Assembly (NCBI GenBank): GCA_002269645.1
Contig: NIVC01002063.1
Coordinates: 124,001 to 188,000 of the forward strand
DNA: 64,000 nt
Origin: Macrostomum lignano
Lineage: Eukaryota
Reading direction: 5' to 3'
Shown: positions 1 through 11,745 of the stretch, piece after piece
Layout: every line of letters starts with the position of its first letter
Position numbering within the stretch: position 1 is the first letter of the stretch
Made by a program: the position numbers and the translations under genes
The notes under the pieces: generated by a model
Told to the model about the DNA's origin: nothing
Seen by the model: only the letters and a program-made list of their open reading frames with translations
The model's database searches: none

Positions 1-3000
1 GAAAATCTATGCTAGCGACGAGGGCCGCGTCCAAACCACGGCGGCCGCATTTGCCAAGGGTTTCCTAGACCTCGAAGGCCCTTTAACTCCAATCCTAGTC
101 CAGATGGTACAGTCTGGCAATACCAGCGGCCTGTTGGACTCGGACAACACTGCCCGGAAGTGCATGTCGGCGGTGAAATGTCGGATTCAGGAGAGCATGA
201 GCCTGGATCGAGACTTCACTGAAGCGGATGTCCAGCAGATCGCTCCGGATGGTTCTGCAGCTCTGATCAGAGCAATGTGCAATCTGGGCAATCCCAAGGC
301 TGCCTGCAGGGGCATGCGGGACGGCATCGAGGCTCTGATTGCTCAGTTAGAACAGATGGAGCTTCAGCCAGCGACGCAGCTGTATCACGGCGAGACTGTT
401 GAGCTGGCGCTGGGTCGGTGGCAGAAGCTCTTGAAAGATTTTCAACTCGATAATGATCAGTTTCAATTGGCTAAGGTTGGCGCTGTCTCTGTTGTCCTGT
501 TTGCACCCTTGGTTCTCATGCTCTTGGCGCCACTTGATTCTGAGTACTGGCGCTGCTAATCCTCTAATCTCGACGATACTAATCCTCTAATCTTGACGAT
601 ACTAATCCTCTAATCTTGACGAAACTAATCCTCTAATCTTGACGACACTAATCCTCTAATCTTGACGACACTAATCCTCTAATCTTGACGATACTAATCC
701 TCAAATCTTGACGACACTAATCCTCTAATCTTGACGATACTAATCCTCAAATCTTGACGACACTAATCCTCTAATCTTGACGATACTAATCCTCAAATCT
801 TGACGATACTAATCCTCTAATCATGAAGATACTAATCCTCTAATCATGACGATACTAATCCTCTAATCATGACGATACTAATCCTCTAATCTTGACGATA
901 CTAATCCTCTAATCTTGACGATACTAATCCTCTAATCTTGACGATACTAATCCTCTAATCTTGACGATACTAATCCTCTAATCATGACGATACCAATCCT
1001 CTAATCTTGACGATACTAATCCTCTAATCATGACGATACTAATCCTCTAATCATGACGATACTAATCCTCTAATCATGACGATACTAATCCTCAAATCTT
1101 GACGACACTAATCCTCAAATCTTGATGCCACTAATCCTCTAATCATGACGATACTAATCCTCAAATCTTGACGATACTAATCCTCTAATCTTGACGATAC
1201 TAATCCTCAAATCTTGACGATACTAATCCTCTAATCATGACGATACTAATCCTCTAATCTTGACGACACTAATCCTCAAATCTTGATGCCACTAATCCTC
1301 TAATTATGACGATACTAATCCTCTAATTATGACGATACTAATCCTCTAATCTTGACGATACTAATCCTCAAATCTTGACGATACTAATCCTCTAATCATG
1401 ACGATACTAATCCTCTAATCTTGACGATACTAATCCTCTAATCATGACGATACTAATCCTCAAATCTTGACGACACTAATCCTCAAATCTTGATGCCACT
1501 AATCATCTAATCATGACGATACTAATCCTCAAATCTTGACGATACTAATCCTCTAATCTTGACGATACTAATCCTCAAATCTTGACGATACTAATCCTCT
1601 AATCTTGACGATACTAATCCTCTAATCTTGACGATACTAATCCTCAAATCTTGACGATACTAATCCTCAAATCTTGACGATACTAATCCTCTAATCTTGA
1701 CGATACTAATCCTCTAATCTTGACGATACTAATCCTCAAATCTTGACGATACTAATCCTCTAATCTTGACGATACTAATCCTCTAATCTTGATGCCACTA
1801 ATCCTCTAATACATGTATTACCGTTACAAGTCATTTAATCTTAGCGCCACTAATCTTTAAATCTCGACGTCACTAATCCTCTAATCTTGGTTTGAAACCA
1901 TACTTTTCCTTTTTCTGACGACGCCCTGCACTTTAGATGGCAGTTAGTTAGGACCTACCTGCATTACCAACAGAAATCCCCAATCTAGCCGCTAATAAAC
2001 ATCGCCCATCCAGGTGCCAGACATCTACGACAACATCAAATACGACCTGCTGCACAACACGGCATTGTTCAATTCGTGTGGCCAAGTGGCCCGTCAGCTC
2101 TGCTTCCTGGCCAAGAACATGGCGGATATTGTGGTGCCAAGCGAATATGGCATTACCAGCCGAGAGAAACTGTTTATTGCTCAGCAAATTTGCAATCCGT
2201 TATTGAAGAAAATTTTGGCCGACATGGAGTACACTAGTGCTATTGATGTCGCTGAGTCTGAGGCCTCAGGGAAGCTGGAGAACAGCCTGTGAGTGGCGAT
2301 GTAAAAAATCCCGAATGTCGAATACCGAATACTGAATCCCAATTCTCGAGTCCTGAGTCCCAACCATTGAGTCCTGAATCCCAACCATTGAGTCCTGAAT
2401 CCCAACCATTGAGTCCTGAATCCCAAATCTTGAGTCCTGAATCCCAATTCACGAGTCCTGAATCCCAATTCTCGAGTCCTGAATCCCAACCATTGAGTCC
2501 TGAATCCCAACCATTGAGTCTTGAATCCCAACCATTGAGTCCTGAATCCCAAATATTGAGTCCTGAATCCCAATTCACGAGTCCTGAATCCCAATTCTCG
2601 AGTCCTGAATCCCAACCATTGAGTCCTGAATCCCAACCATTGAGTCTTGAATCCCAACCATTGAGTCCTGAATCCCAACCATTGAGTCCTGAATCCCAAA
2701 TCTTAAGTCCTAAATCCCAACCATTGAGTCTAGAATCCCGACTATTGAGTTCTTAATTCCATCTATTGAGTCCCAAATCTCGAATCTGCAGTCCTGAATC
2801 CCAAATTTCGAATCCCGAATCGTGTATCCAAAAGTTTTTTTTGAGTTTTCCTTATTCTCCTACATTTCAGATTGGCAACAAACGATGACAGTCAAGTCAA
2901 TACGGGCATGTAAGCTTCATATTGAGCTATTTCACTTTGTCTAAAAGGTACATCTTCGAATACATATTAGAAAGATTGAGATAATGCACTGGGTCAATAA

Positions 3001-4566
3001 CATTAGATACAAGCCAACCATTTTCAGTCACTTTCAGGCCGGTTTCTCCGAAAAGTACATTATGGAGATAGGAAGTTTTTTCTGTTTTCAGCACAAAATA
3101 TGTTATTGCTTTTGATAGGAGGCAGATCCAATGTTTATCTGTTGCTATCTAAAATTTCCCAATAAACATAGTTCCTCATCCTTCCACTTGAGTAGTCCTT
3201 GATCTTAATTTTGGAGACAGGTGCATCAGAGATTCGATTAGACTTGTTGGCTGTATCTAAGAATCAAAAAAAAATTTTCCCAGCCGCAGTTTGAACGCCA
3301 CCCAGTCGCAGCACCGCTTCGTTAGAACTCGTCTGTACTTTACCTCGGAATCGCACCTGCACTCGGTTATTAACGTTCTGCGTCACGGTGACCTAGCTAA
3401 TCCAGTCACCGACGAGCAATGGTCTCGGGCCATAGACTATTGCAACGCTGTCACAGAGCTGAACTACCTGACCCAGATTGTCTTCATGATCTATGAGGAC
3501 TCGCAGTATCCAGCCGATTCTCACTGTCGCTATCACGTTGAGCTGCACTTCTCCCCGGGCTGTGTGGCAGCGACTCCTGAGGATTGTTCAGCTGCCACTG
3601 CTCCAGTTGTGGGCTACAGACCCAGGCGGCATTGTAAAAGCGTCTGCGGAGCACTGGTCGATTCGGGACTGAAGCAAGCGGTACTGCAGTCTCAGAAAGA
3701 CCAAGCGATGCTGCAGTCTCAGGAAGACCAAGCGGTGCTGCAGTCGCAGGAAGACCAAGCGGTACTGCAGTCGCAGGAAGACCAAGCGGTACTGCAGTCT
3801 CAGGAAGACCAAGCGATGCTGCAGTGGGAGGAAGACCAAGCGGATCTTGAGTCTCCGATACAGCAACAAGTGCAAAACAGCGAAAGCGCCGAAAATCAGT
3901 CGTTACCTGTCTGCCAGGAATCTCATCCTTCATTAAATTTTCCCCGAATTCGCCTGGGTCGTTTCCAGCTCACACTGGCAAATTCCGACACAGGTGTTGC
4001 GACGGCTTCCGAAGCGATAGATGACGCTGCTGCAACACAAGGTGGGACGAATCATCATGTTTTTTTCACCAAAATAAGCTTTATTTATACACGGTTTTTT
4101 TCAATTCTTCTGTTCAGCATTGCAGGACTCGAGCGCCAGCTCAGATGGCGCTCAGGCGCCAGTCAGACACCGCCAGAACTCCTGGTCGCATCTTGGCAGA
4201 GTGGAATTTTCCGCTTCAACATTATCAGACTCTAAGCATCAACAGAAGCAGAATCTGCAACAGCAGAAGCAGCAGTTGCAGCAAAGAGCCAAAAGCGAGT
4301 CGAGTGATAGCTCTCCGAATTCAGTGGTCGGTGCAGCGGCAGACGTGCTAGACAGAGTCAGGACATTCCACGCGTCCGATGATGTCAGACGGATGCTGCG
4401 GCATATCAGCTCTAGGAGTTTAGTGATGCCGGCTGGTGAGTTGCTAGAAAATATCAATTTTATTTTTAGATATACCTGTGTAGCTTTGGCTTTGTTCATT
4501 ATTTACATGCTATAATCGATTATCGGTTTCTTAATGGCTTGTTTTGATTGGTTGAACTAATCCATG

Positions 4567-4598
<32 letters not shown>

Positions 4599-5231
4599 TA
4601 TTTATTTATTTATTGATTCCCTATTTACGGGTTATAATAGTAAGGTAATAAGCCCTAATTATACAGAGATCTATAAATCATCAATATATTAACATCTATA
4701 GTTAGAAATCCTATTATTCAGATAATAAGTCCCTGATTAAAGATTTTTCTATCCAAGTACTCATACTCGTAGCTCGTGTTAAGGTTGATTAATTGACCCA
4801 CTAAGTACAGCTGTACTTCTAAGCTGACCTCAGGCTCCGAGAGTCCCCATCCGCCCCCCGTGCCCCCTGCAGCCGATCCCAAGCAGCACCTGATCTCCAC
4901 CAGCCTGATTCGAGCATCGGATCCTGAGCTTCTCAACGCTGACAATCAGGCGTCTGCAGCGAAGCTTCCTCGCTCTGAAGCTGCAGACTCAGATTCTACC
5001 GTCATGGAAACGGCGCTCAAAGCTGAGACTCAGGCAGCCAAGGAGACCGGCTCTGCAAAAGAATCTTCCAACAAAACATTTTGTTCCTCATCGGCGTCCG
5101 ATCAGCATCAGCAGTTGGCCACTGCGCCCTGCGTACCTGGCATCTATCCGCTGGAGACGCTGCACAACTCACTGACTCTGCGACAGGTAGAGCTGTTCCT
5201 GCACCGGTTTACCCGGGTGCGACAGGTGTAG
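1..5231 (+). CDS. PPIP5K: Inositol hexakisphosphate/diphosphoinositol-pentakisphosphate kinase (PPIP5K/VIP1), 3' part with the histidine-phosphatase-like domain and C-terminal tail. Exons: <1-475, 2014-2288, 3284(or 3290)-4041, 4118-4435, 4834-5231 (or a donor at 5226)
   Basis: Translation from base 2 gives KIYASDEGRVQTTAAAFAKGFLDLEGPLTPILVQMV, then PDIYDNIKYD, FVRTRLYFTSESHLHS, LNYLTQIVFMIYED, YHVELHFSPG and PLETLHNSLTLRQV, all characteristic PPIP5K motifs. GT/AG junctions match in phase (0, 2, 1, 1). The 5' end lies outside the window; the exon 4/5 acceptors and the 3' end are less certain. Confidence 0.93.
555..1885 (+). repeat. 23-nt minisatellite (CTAATCCTCTAATCTTGACGATA, about 57 copies) filling PPIP5K intron 476-2013
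   Basis: Directly visible tandem array. Confidence 0.97.
2325..2815 (+). repeat. 21-nt minisatellite (GAGTCCTGAATCCCAACCATT) in the PPIP5K intron starting at 2289
   Basis: Tandem array; source of the spurious SPESQPL / GFRTQWL ORFs. Confidence 0.95.
3675..3846 (+). repeat. 27-nt in-frame coding minisatellite (QAVLQSQED, about 6 copies) inside the PPIP5K exon
   Basis: CAAGCGGTACTGCAGTCTCAGGAAGAC repeats in the same open frame as the flanking PPIP5K sequence. Confidence 0.85.
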
Positions 5232-5800
5232 CCTTAATCCTCAATCCTTAATCCTGCACCTGCAGTGTGACACCTGGTTGTGACAGGTGTAGCCTAGATG
5301 TGATCCTTAATCCTACACCAGTGTGACACCTGGTTGTGACAGGTGTAGCCTAGATGTGATCCTTAATCCTGCACCTGCAGTGTGACACCTGGTTGTGACA
5401 GGTGTAGCCTAGATGTGATCCTTAATCCTACACCAGTGTGACACCTGGTTGTGACAGGTGTAGCCTAGATGTGATCCTTAATCCTGCACCTGCAGTGTGA
5501 CACTTGGTTGTGACAGGTGTAGCCTAGATGTGATCCTTAATCCTGCACCTGCAGTGTGACACCTGGTTGAGACAGGTGTAGCCTAGATGTGATCCTTAAT
5601 CCTACACCAGTGTGACACCTGGTTGTGACAGGTGTAGCCTAGATGTGATCCTTAATCCTGCACCTGCAGTGTGACACCTGGTTGTGACAGGTGTAGCCTA
5701 GATGTGATCTTTAATCCTGCACCTGCAGTGTGACACCTGGTTGTGACAGGTGTAGCCTAGATGTGATCCTTAATTAATCCTGCAACGGTGTGACAAGTGT
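5226..5800 (+). repeat. 56/59-nt minisatellite (about 9 copies) directly after the last recognisable PPIP5K exon
   Basis: GTGTGACACCTGGTTGTGACAGGTGTAGCCTAGATGTGATCCTTAATCCTGCACCTGCA in tandem. Confidence 0.95.
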
Positions 5801-6884
5801 GTGTGACAGCTGTGTGCATGTTCACACGCATGTACACTCATGGCTTGTACCGCGACTGCTAATCACTGATATATTGCCGAAGCAATTTTATTTTGATGCA
5901 ATACTCGCACACGTAAAACTATGAGTATTTTTTCATTCCCCATGGTACATGTACAGTAAAGATGTGAGAGAAATGCTTTTTCTTTCAGTAAAAAATCTAC
6001 ATGTATTCACGCAACATTTTTTTCAAAATAAGCCCCGTTTTATTTATAGTTATCTAGACGTTTCGAAATTTCGGAATCTCATGTACTTAACCAAATTTTA
6101 AATAAACGATGCATTATAACAAATAGATTTGTTTTTTTAAGGTGAATTTATTTAGAAGAGTAGCTACGTGTATTTGATTCCAAATAATCTCTCTCTATCT
6201 TCTATTTTCCAAAGCAGCTTTTATTCAATATAACGTGTCGTTCATGTGACTTTTTTGCTTTTTGTTTTTATAAAATTTTAAGAAACTTTAACAAAGTTAT
6301 TTGCTTTTATTAATTTTTTGAGCTCTTTTCACAACTGAAAAATCCACCCTTAGGCAAACAGCTGTTACTATTTAACAAATTGTGCTTTGTTACCGTGACC
6401 TCTTGCCGCAATTTATTAAATCATATAACAAATCAAGGCTTCTAAGCAAAATTTATAGATTTTTCGCAAAGTATAGTTTCTCGGTACTTTTAAATTTTCT
6501 CATAGTATGAGAGGGACTTCTTGTCTGGCTTAGCTAAATTTTTTTATTTAAAAATTTTGTTGTTAATTTGTCGCGTTGGAAAGAAATTAAATTTTGTTTT
6601 CTAAGAAATTGATTTTTAACGTGAGAGAATGCGTACGCAGTATATCCAAGAGTTTTTAAATTATGTATTTACGAGAGTGGTAATACTAATACAAACTTGC
6701 ATAATATCTTCTATATTGTTTGACGATGTTAGGGCGATTGTAATAATTAAATATAGATGGTTTTTTGGTTGTTTATCAATTATTGAAAAGGTATTTTAAA
6801 TGTTCAGGTATTACAAAATATCTTACAGCTTCCGGAAACTTTAACAAAAAATAGTAATCGGTCCTTTTCAGGGGTTTCTAGTTA

Positions 6885-9565
6885 GGCTTTTTTCTGAATC
6901 TGAAGAAGCGACCGCGTTTCTGATTCTGAAGAAGTGACCGCTTTTCTAATTCTGAAGAATTTTGACCGCTTTTCTGATTCTGAAGAAGTGACCGCTTTTC
7001 TGATTCTGAAGAAGTCACCGCTGTTCTGAATCTGAAGAAGTGACCGCTTTTCTGATTCTGAAGAAGTCACCGCTGTTCTGATTCTGAAGAAGTGACCGCT
7101 TTTTTGAATCTGAAGAAGTCACCGCTGTTCTGAGTCTGAAGAAGTGACCGCTTTTCTGATTTTAAAGAAGTGACCGTTTTTTTAATCTGAAGAAGTGACC
7201 GCTTTTCTGAGTCTGAAGAAATGACCGCTTTTCTAAATCTGAAGAATTGACTGCTTTTCTGATTCTGAAGAATTGACTGCTTTCTGATTCTGAAGAAGTG
7301 ACCGCTTTTCTGAGTCTGAAGAAGTGACCGCTTTTCTGATTCTGAAGAAGTGACCGCTTTTTTGAATCTGAAGAAGTGACCGCTTTTCTGATTCTGAAGA
7401 AGTGACCGCTTTTCTGAGTCTGAAGAAGTGACCGCTTTTCTGATTTTAAAGAAGTGACCGTTTTTTTAATCTGAAGAAGTGACCGCTTTTCTGAGTCTGA
7501 AGAAGTGACCGCTTTTCTGATTTTAAAGAAGTGACCGTTTTTTTAATCTGAAGAAGTGACCGCTTTTCTGAGTCTGAAGAAGTGACCGCTTTTCTGATTT
7601 TAAAGAATTGACCGTTTTTTTAATCTGAAGAAGTGACCGCTTTTCTGAGTCTGAAGAAATGACCGCTTTTCTAAATCTGAAGAATTGACTGCTTTTCTGA
7701 TTCTGAAGAATTGACTGCTTTCTGATTCTGAAGAAGTGACCGCTTTTCTGAGTCTGAAGAAGTGACCGTTTTCTGATTCTGAAGAAGTGACCGCTTTTCT
7801 GATTCTGAAGAATTGACTGCTTTCTGATTCTGAAGAAGTGACCGCTTTTCTGAGTCTGAAGAAGTGACCGTTTTCTGATTTTAAAGAAGTGACCGTTTTT
7901 TTAATCTGAAGAAGTGACCGCTTTTCTGAGTCTGAAGAAGTGACCGCTTTTCTGATTTTAAAGAAGTGACCACTTTTTTTAATCTGAAGAAGTGACCGCT
8001 TTTCTGGGTCTGAAGAAGTGACTGCTTTTCTGATTCTGAGGAATTGACTGCTTTTCTGAGTCTGAAGAATTGACTGCTTTTCTGATTCTGAGGAATTGAC
8101 TGCTTTTCTGATTCTGAAGATGTGACCGCTTTTCTGAGTCTGAAGAATTGACCGCTTTTCTGATTCTGAGGAATTGACTGCTTTTCTGAGTCTGAAGAAT
8201 TGACTGCTTTTCTGATTCTGAGGAATCGACTGCTTTTCTGATTCTGAAGATGTGACCGCTTTTCTGAGTCTGAAGATGTGACCGCTGTTCTGAGTCTGAA
8301 GAAGTGACCGCTTTTCTGATTTTAAAGAAGTGACCGTTTTTTTAATCTGAAGAAGTGACCGCTTTTCTGAGTCTGAAGAAATGACCGCTTTTCTAAATCT
8401 GAAGAATTGACTGCTTTTCTGATTCTGAAGAATTGACTGCTTTCTGATTCTGAAGAAGTGACCGCTTTTCTGAGTCTGAAGAAGTGACCGCTTTTCTGAT
8501 TCTGAAGAAGTGACCGCTTTTTTGAATCTGAAGAAGTGACCGCTTTTCTGATTCTGAAGAAGTGACCGCTTTTCTGAGTCTGAAGAAGTGACCGCTTTTC
8601 TGATTTTAAAGAAGTGACCGTTTTTTTAATCTGAAGAAGTGACCGCTTTTCTGAGTCTGAAGAAGTGACCGCTTTTCTGATTTTAAAGAAGTGACCGTTT
8701 TTTTAATCTGAAGAAGTGACCGCTTTTCTGAGTCTGAAGAAGTGACCGCTTTTCTGATTTTAAAGAATTGACCGTTTTTTTAATCTGAAGAAGTGACCGC
8801 TTTTCTGAGTCTGAAGAAATGACCGCTTTTCTAAATCTGAAGAATTGACTGCTTTTCTGATTCTGAAGAATTGACTGCTTTCTGATTCTGAAGAAGTGAC
8901 CGCTTTTCTGGGTCTGAAGAAGTGACCGTTTTCTGATTCTGAAGAAGTGACCGCTTTTCTGATTCTGAAGAATTGACTGCTTTCTGATTCTGAAGAAGTG
9001 ACCGCTTTTCTGAGTCTGAAGAAGTGACCGTTTTCTGATTTTAAAGAAGTGACCGTTTTTTTAATCTGAAGAAGTGACCGCTTTTCTGAGTCTGAAGAAG
9101 TGACCGCTTTTCTGATTTTAAAGAAGTGACCACTTTTTTTAATCTGAAGAAGTGACCGCTTTTCTGGGTCTGAAGAAGTGACTGCTTTTCTGATTCTGAG
9201 GAATTGACTGCTTTTCTGAGTCTGAAGAATTGACTGCTTTTCTGATTCTGAGGAATTGACTGCTTTTCTGATTCTGAAGATGTGACCGCTTTTCTGAGTC
9301 TGAAGAATTGACTGCTTTTCTGATTCTGAGGAATTGACTGCTTTTCTGAGTCTGAAGAATTGACTGCTTTTCTGATTCTGAGGAATCGACTGCTTTTCTG
9401 ATTCTGAAGATGTGACCGCTTTTCTGAGTCTGAAGATGTGACCGCTGTTCTGAGTCTGAAGAAATGACCGCTTTTCTAAATCTGAAGAATTGACCGCTTT
9501 TCTGAGTCTGAAGATGTGACCGCTTTTCTGAGTCTGAAGATGTGACCGCTGTTCTGAGTCTGAAG
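6885..9565 (+). repeat. 26-nt satellite (TCTGAAGAAGTGACCGCTTTTCTGAT, about 100 copies) with a 1160-nt higher-order duplication
   Basis: Tandem array; the variant pattern starting at 7141 recurs at 8301. Confidence 0.95.
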
Positions 9566-9653
9566 TGAACGCTTTTCAATGCCTGTCTCTGAGGCAACCA
9601 AGTTACACAGCATAGTTCTCTCGCGTAGAAAAGCCCCAATTCTCGGGCGTCAA

Positions 9654-11745
9654 TCAATCGCAGCAGTTAATAGCGGCCGTCAGCAGCTTCAGGCATCGAG
9701 GATCGTCGCCAAAGTGCATCGGCGACAGCGAGTTGGTGAGGAAGGCCACGCAGAGACGTCTGTCCGGGTCGCAGTAGAGGAACTGACCTCCGAAGCCAAC
9801 GCAACCGAGCAGCCAATTGTCGCAACCGTCGATACGAAGCGGCAGCGAGCCTGGTCCAATGCCCACTCGGCAGCCGCAATTCGGATTGCCCTCCGGCATT
9901 CCCCTCACCGGCTGTCGCAGCCGATCGACGCAGCTTGAGTCTGGGACGATCTTGCCCGAGCAGAGAAGCGACATCAGTCGGGCGAAACTCTCGGCAGTGC
10001 CGTAGGCCCCCGCGACAGTTGACGAGTAATTCAAGGATGCTGCCCGGGTCGTTGCTAGGAGATGTCGCAGGCTTGGCCAGAACTCGGGCCTGGCGATGCA
10101 GCGCCACAGCAGCGTCCAGTTCCGGGTGGGCCTGGCCACCTGCTGCGGACGTCGATGCGAGCTGCCCGCGGCTCCCACCGACTGCACCGCGGCTCCAATG
10201 CGGATGTGCAGACCATGCGGCTCAGCGACCTCCTCGCGGAAGTAGTCTGCCAGTTTCCTGAGCAAATTTTTGGCAATTTAGACTGGTTAGGGTCCTTTGT
10301 GTCATCCATCGTCTGCACCATCCATCATCTGCACCATCCATCCTCTGCACCATCCATCCTCTGAACCATCCATCCTCTGCACCATCCATCCTCTGCACCA
10401 TCCATCCTCTGCACCATCCATGATCTGCACCATCCATCCTCTGCACCATCCATCCTCTGCACCATCCATCCTCTGCACCATCCATCCTCTGCACCATCCA
10501 TCATCTGCACCATCCATCCTCTGCACCATCCATCCTCTGCACCATCCATGATCTGCACCATCTATCCTCTTCACCATCCATCCTCTGCACCATCCATCAT
10601 CTGCACCATCCATCATCTGCACCATCCATCATCTGCACCATCCATCATCTGCACCATCCATCATCTGCACCATCCATGCTCTGCACCGTCTGTTCGCCAA
10701 CCTACCTGCCTTTCGGGTCAACTCGCTGCACCAGACCATCAGCATATAGTCCCCAAGTCCCAAGTGTAGCTTTGACGTCGTTTTGCGACTGTCGCCCATG
10801 TGCCGATCCGGCATGAGCACTGATGGACTCGCCGAGGCCTTCAGACTGGCTGAGAAGCTGGAGAACTGTGATGGCGGAATTATTACTGGCTGATAACTCT
10901 GGCCAGTAATCAGCTACTGGCTTGCTGTAGTCCAGGTAGCCCTGTTGATGCGATATGTATAATTAGGATAATATTTATATCTATGGGACCAGGTTCCTAA
11001 TCTATGGGGTCAGGTTCCTAATCTATGGGATCAGGTTCCTAGTTAATAAGATCAGGTTCCTAATCTATGGGATCAGGTTCCTAATCTATGGGATAAAGTT
11101 CCTAATCTGTAGGATCAGGTTCCTAATCTATGGGATAAAGTTCCTAATCTATGGGATCAGGTTCCTCTTCCATGGGATCAGGTTCCTAATCAATAGGATC
11201 AGGTTCCTAATATATGGGATCAGGTTCCTAATTTATGGGATCAGCTTAATTCCTAATCTATGGGATCAGGTTCCTAATCTATGGGATCAGGTTCATAATC
11301 TATGAGATCAAGTTCCTAATCTATGGGATCAGGTTCCTAATCTACGGGATCAGGTTCCTAATCTATGGGATCAGGTTCCCACTATCGCAGCTCCAACCTG
11401 AGCACTCAGCCGCGCCAGACAGACGCCAGCCAGAAGCCTGCTAGAACATGAGTACGCATTGGCTTCAGTCCGGCGGTGCCATTCATCGCTGGTGCTTGGG
11501 TCGGCAACTCCCGACCAGATATCTGCTACCAGTTGTCCATGGTGGAAGACAGCCAGTGCGCTGCCGCCCCTGCTAGCAGATTCAAAGTCCTTGCAGCACG
11601 ATTCGTACGCCTGCTTCAACGGTTGAAATGCTGCGCTGGTGAAGCCGTGTGAGCTTCTGGCTGACTGAAGTCGCCTGCTACGCAGGGTTCTGTCAATGAT
11701 GAAGATAATTATCAGGCTCAGTACTACTGACGCAGACAGTAGCAT
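9654..11745 (-). CDS. Beta-lactamase-related / EstB-type serine hydrolase family protein with an N-terminal signal or anchor; catalytic motifs degenerate. Exons (minus strand): 11745-11398, 10941-10706, 10257-9654
   Basis: Spliced product contains MLLSASVVLSLIIIFIID, GGSALAVFHHGQLVADIWSG, GYLDYSKPVADYWPEL, ITVLQLLSQSEGL, QRVDPKGRKLADYFREEVAEPHGL and GFGGQFLYCDPDRRLCVAFLTN, the typical layout of the family. Junctions CAG|GTTGGA, AACAG|GGC, CAG|GTAGGT and CTCAG|G match in phase. Confidence 0.85.
10295..10690 (+). repeat. 16-nt minisatellite (CATCCATCCTCTGCAC) filling intron 2 of the beta-lactamase-family gene
   Basis: Tandem array. Confidence 0.95.
10985..11380 (+). repeat. 21-nt minisatellite (TTCCTAATCTATGGGATCAGG) filling intron 1 of the beta-lactamase-family gene
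   Basis: Tandem array. Confidence 0.95.

Noticed and set aside
2181-2756. SPESQPL / GFRTQWL repeat ORFs
   Set aside because: 21-nt array inside a PPIP5K intron
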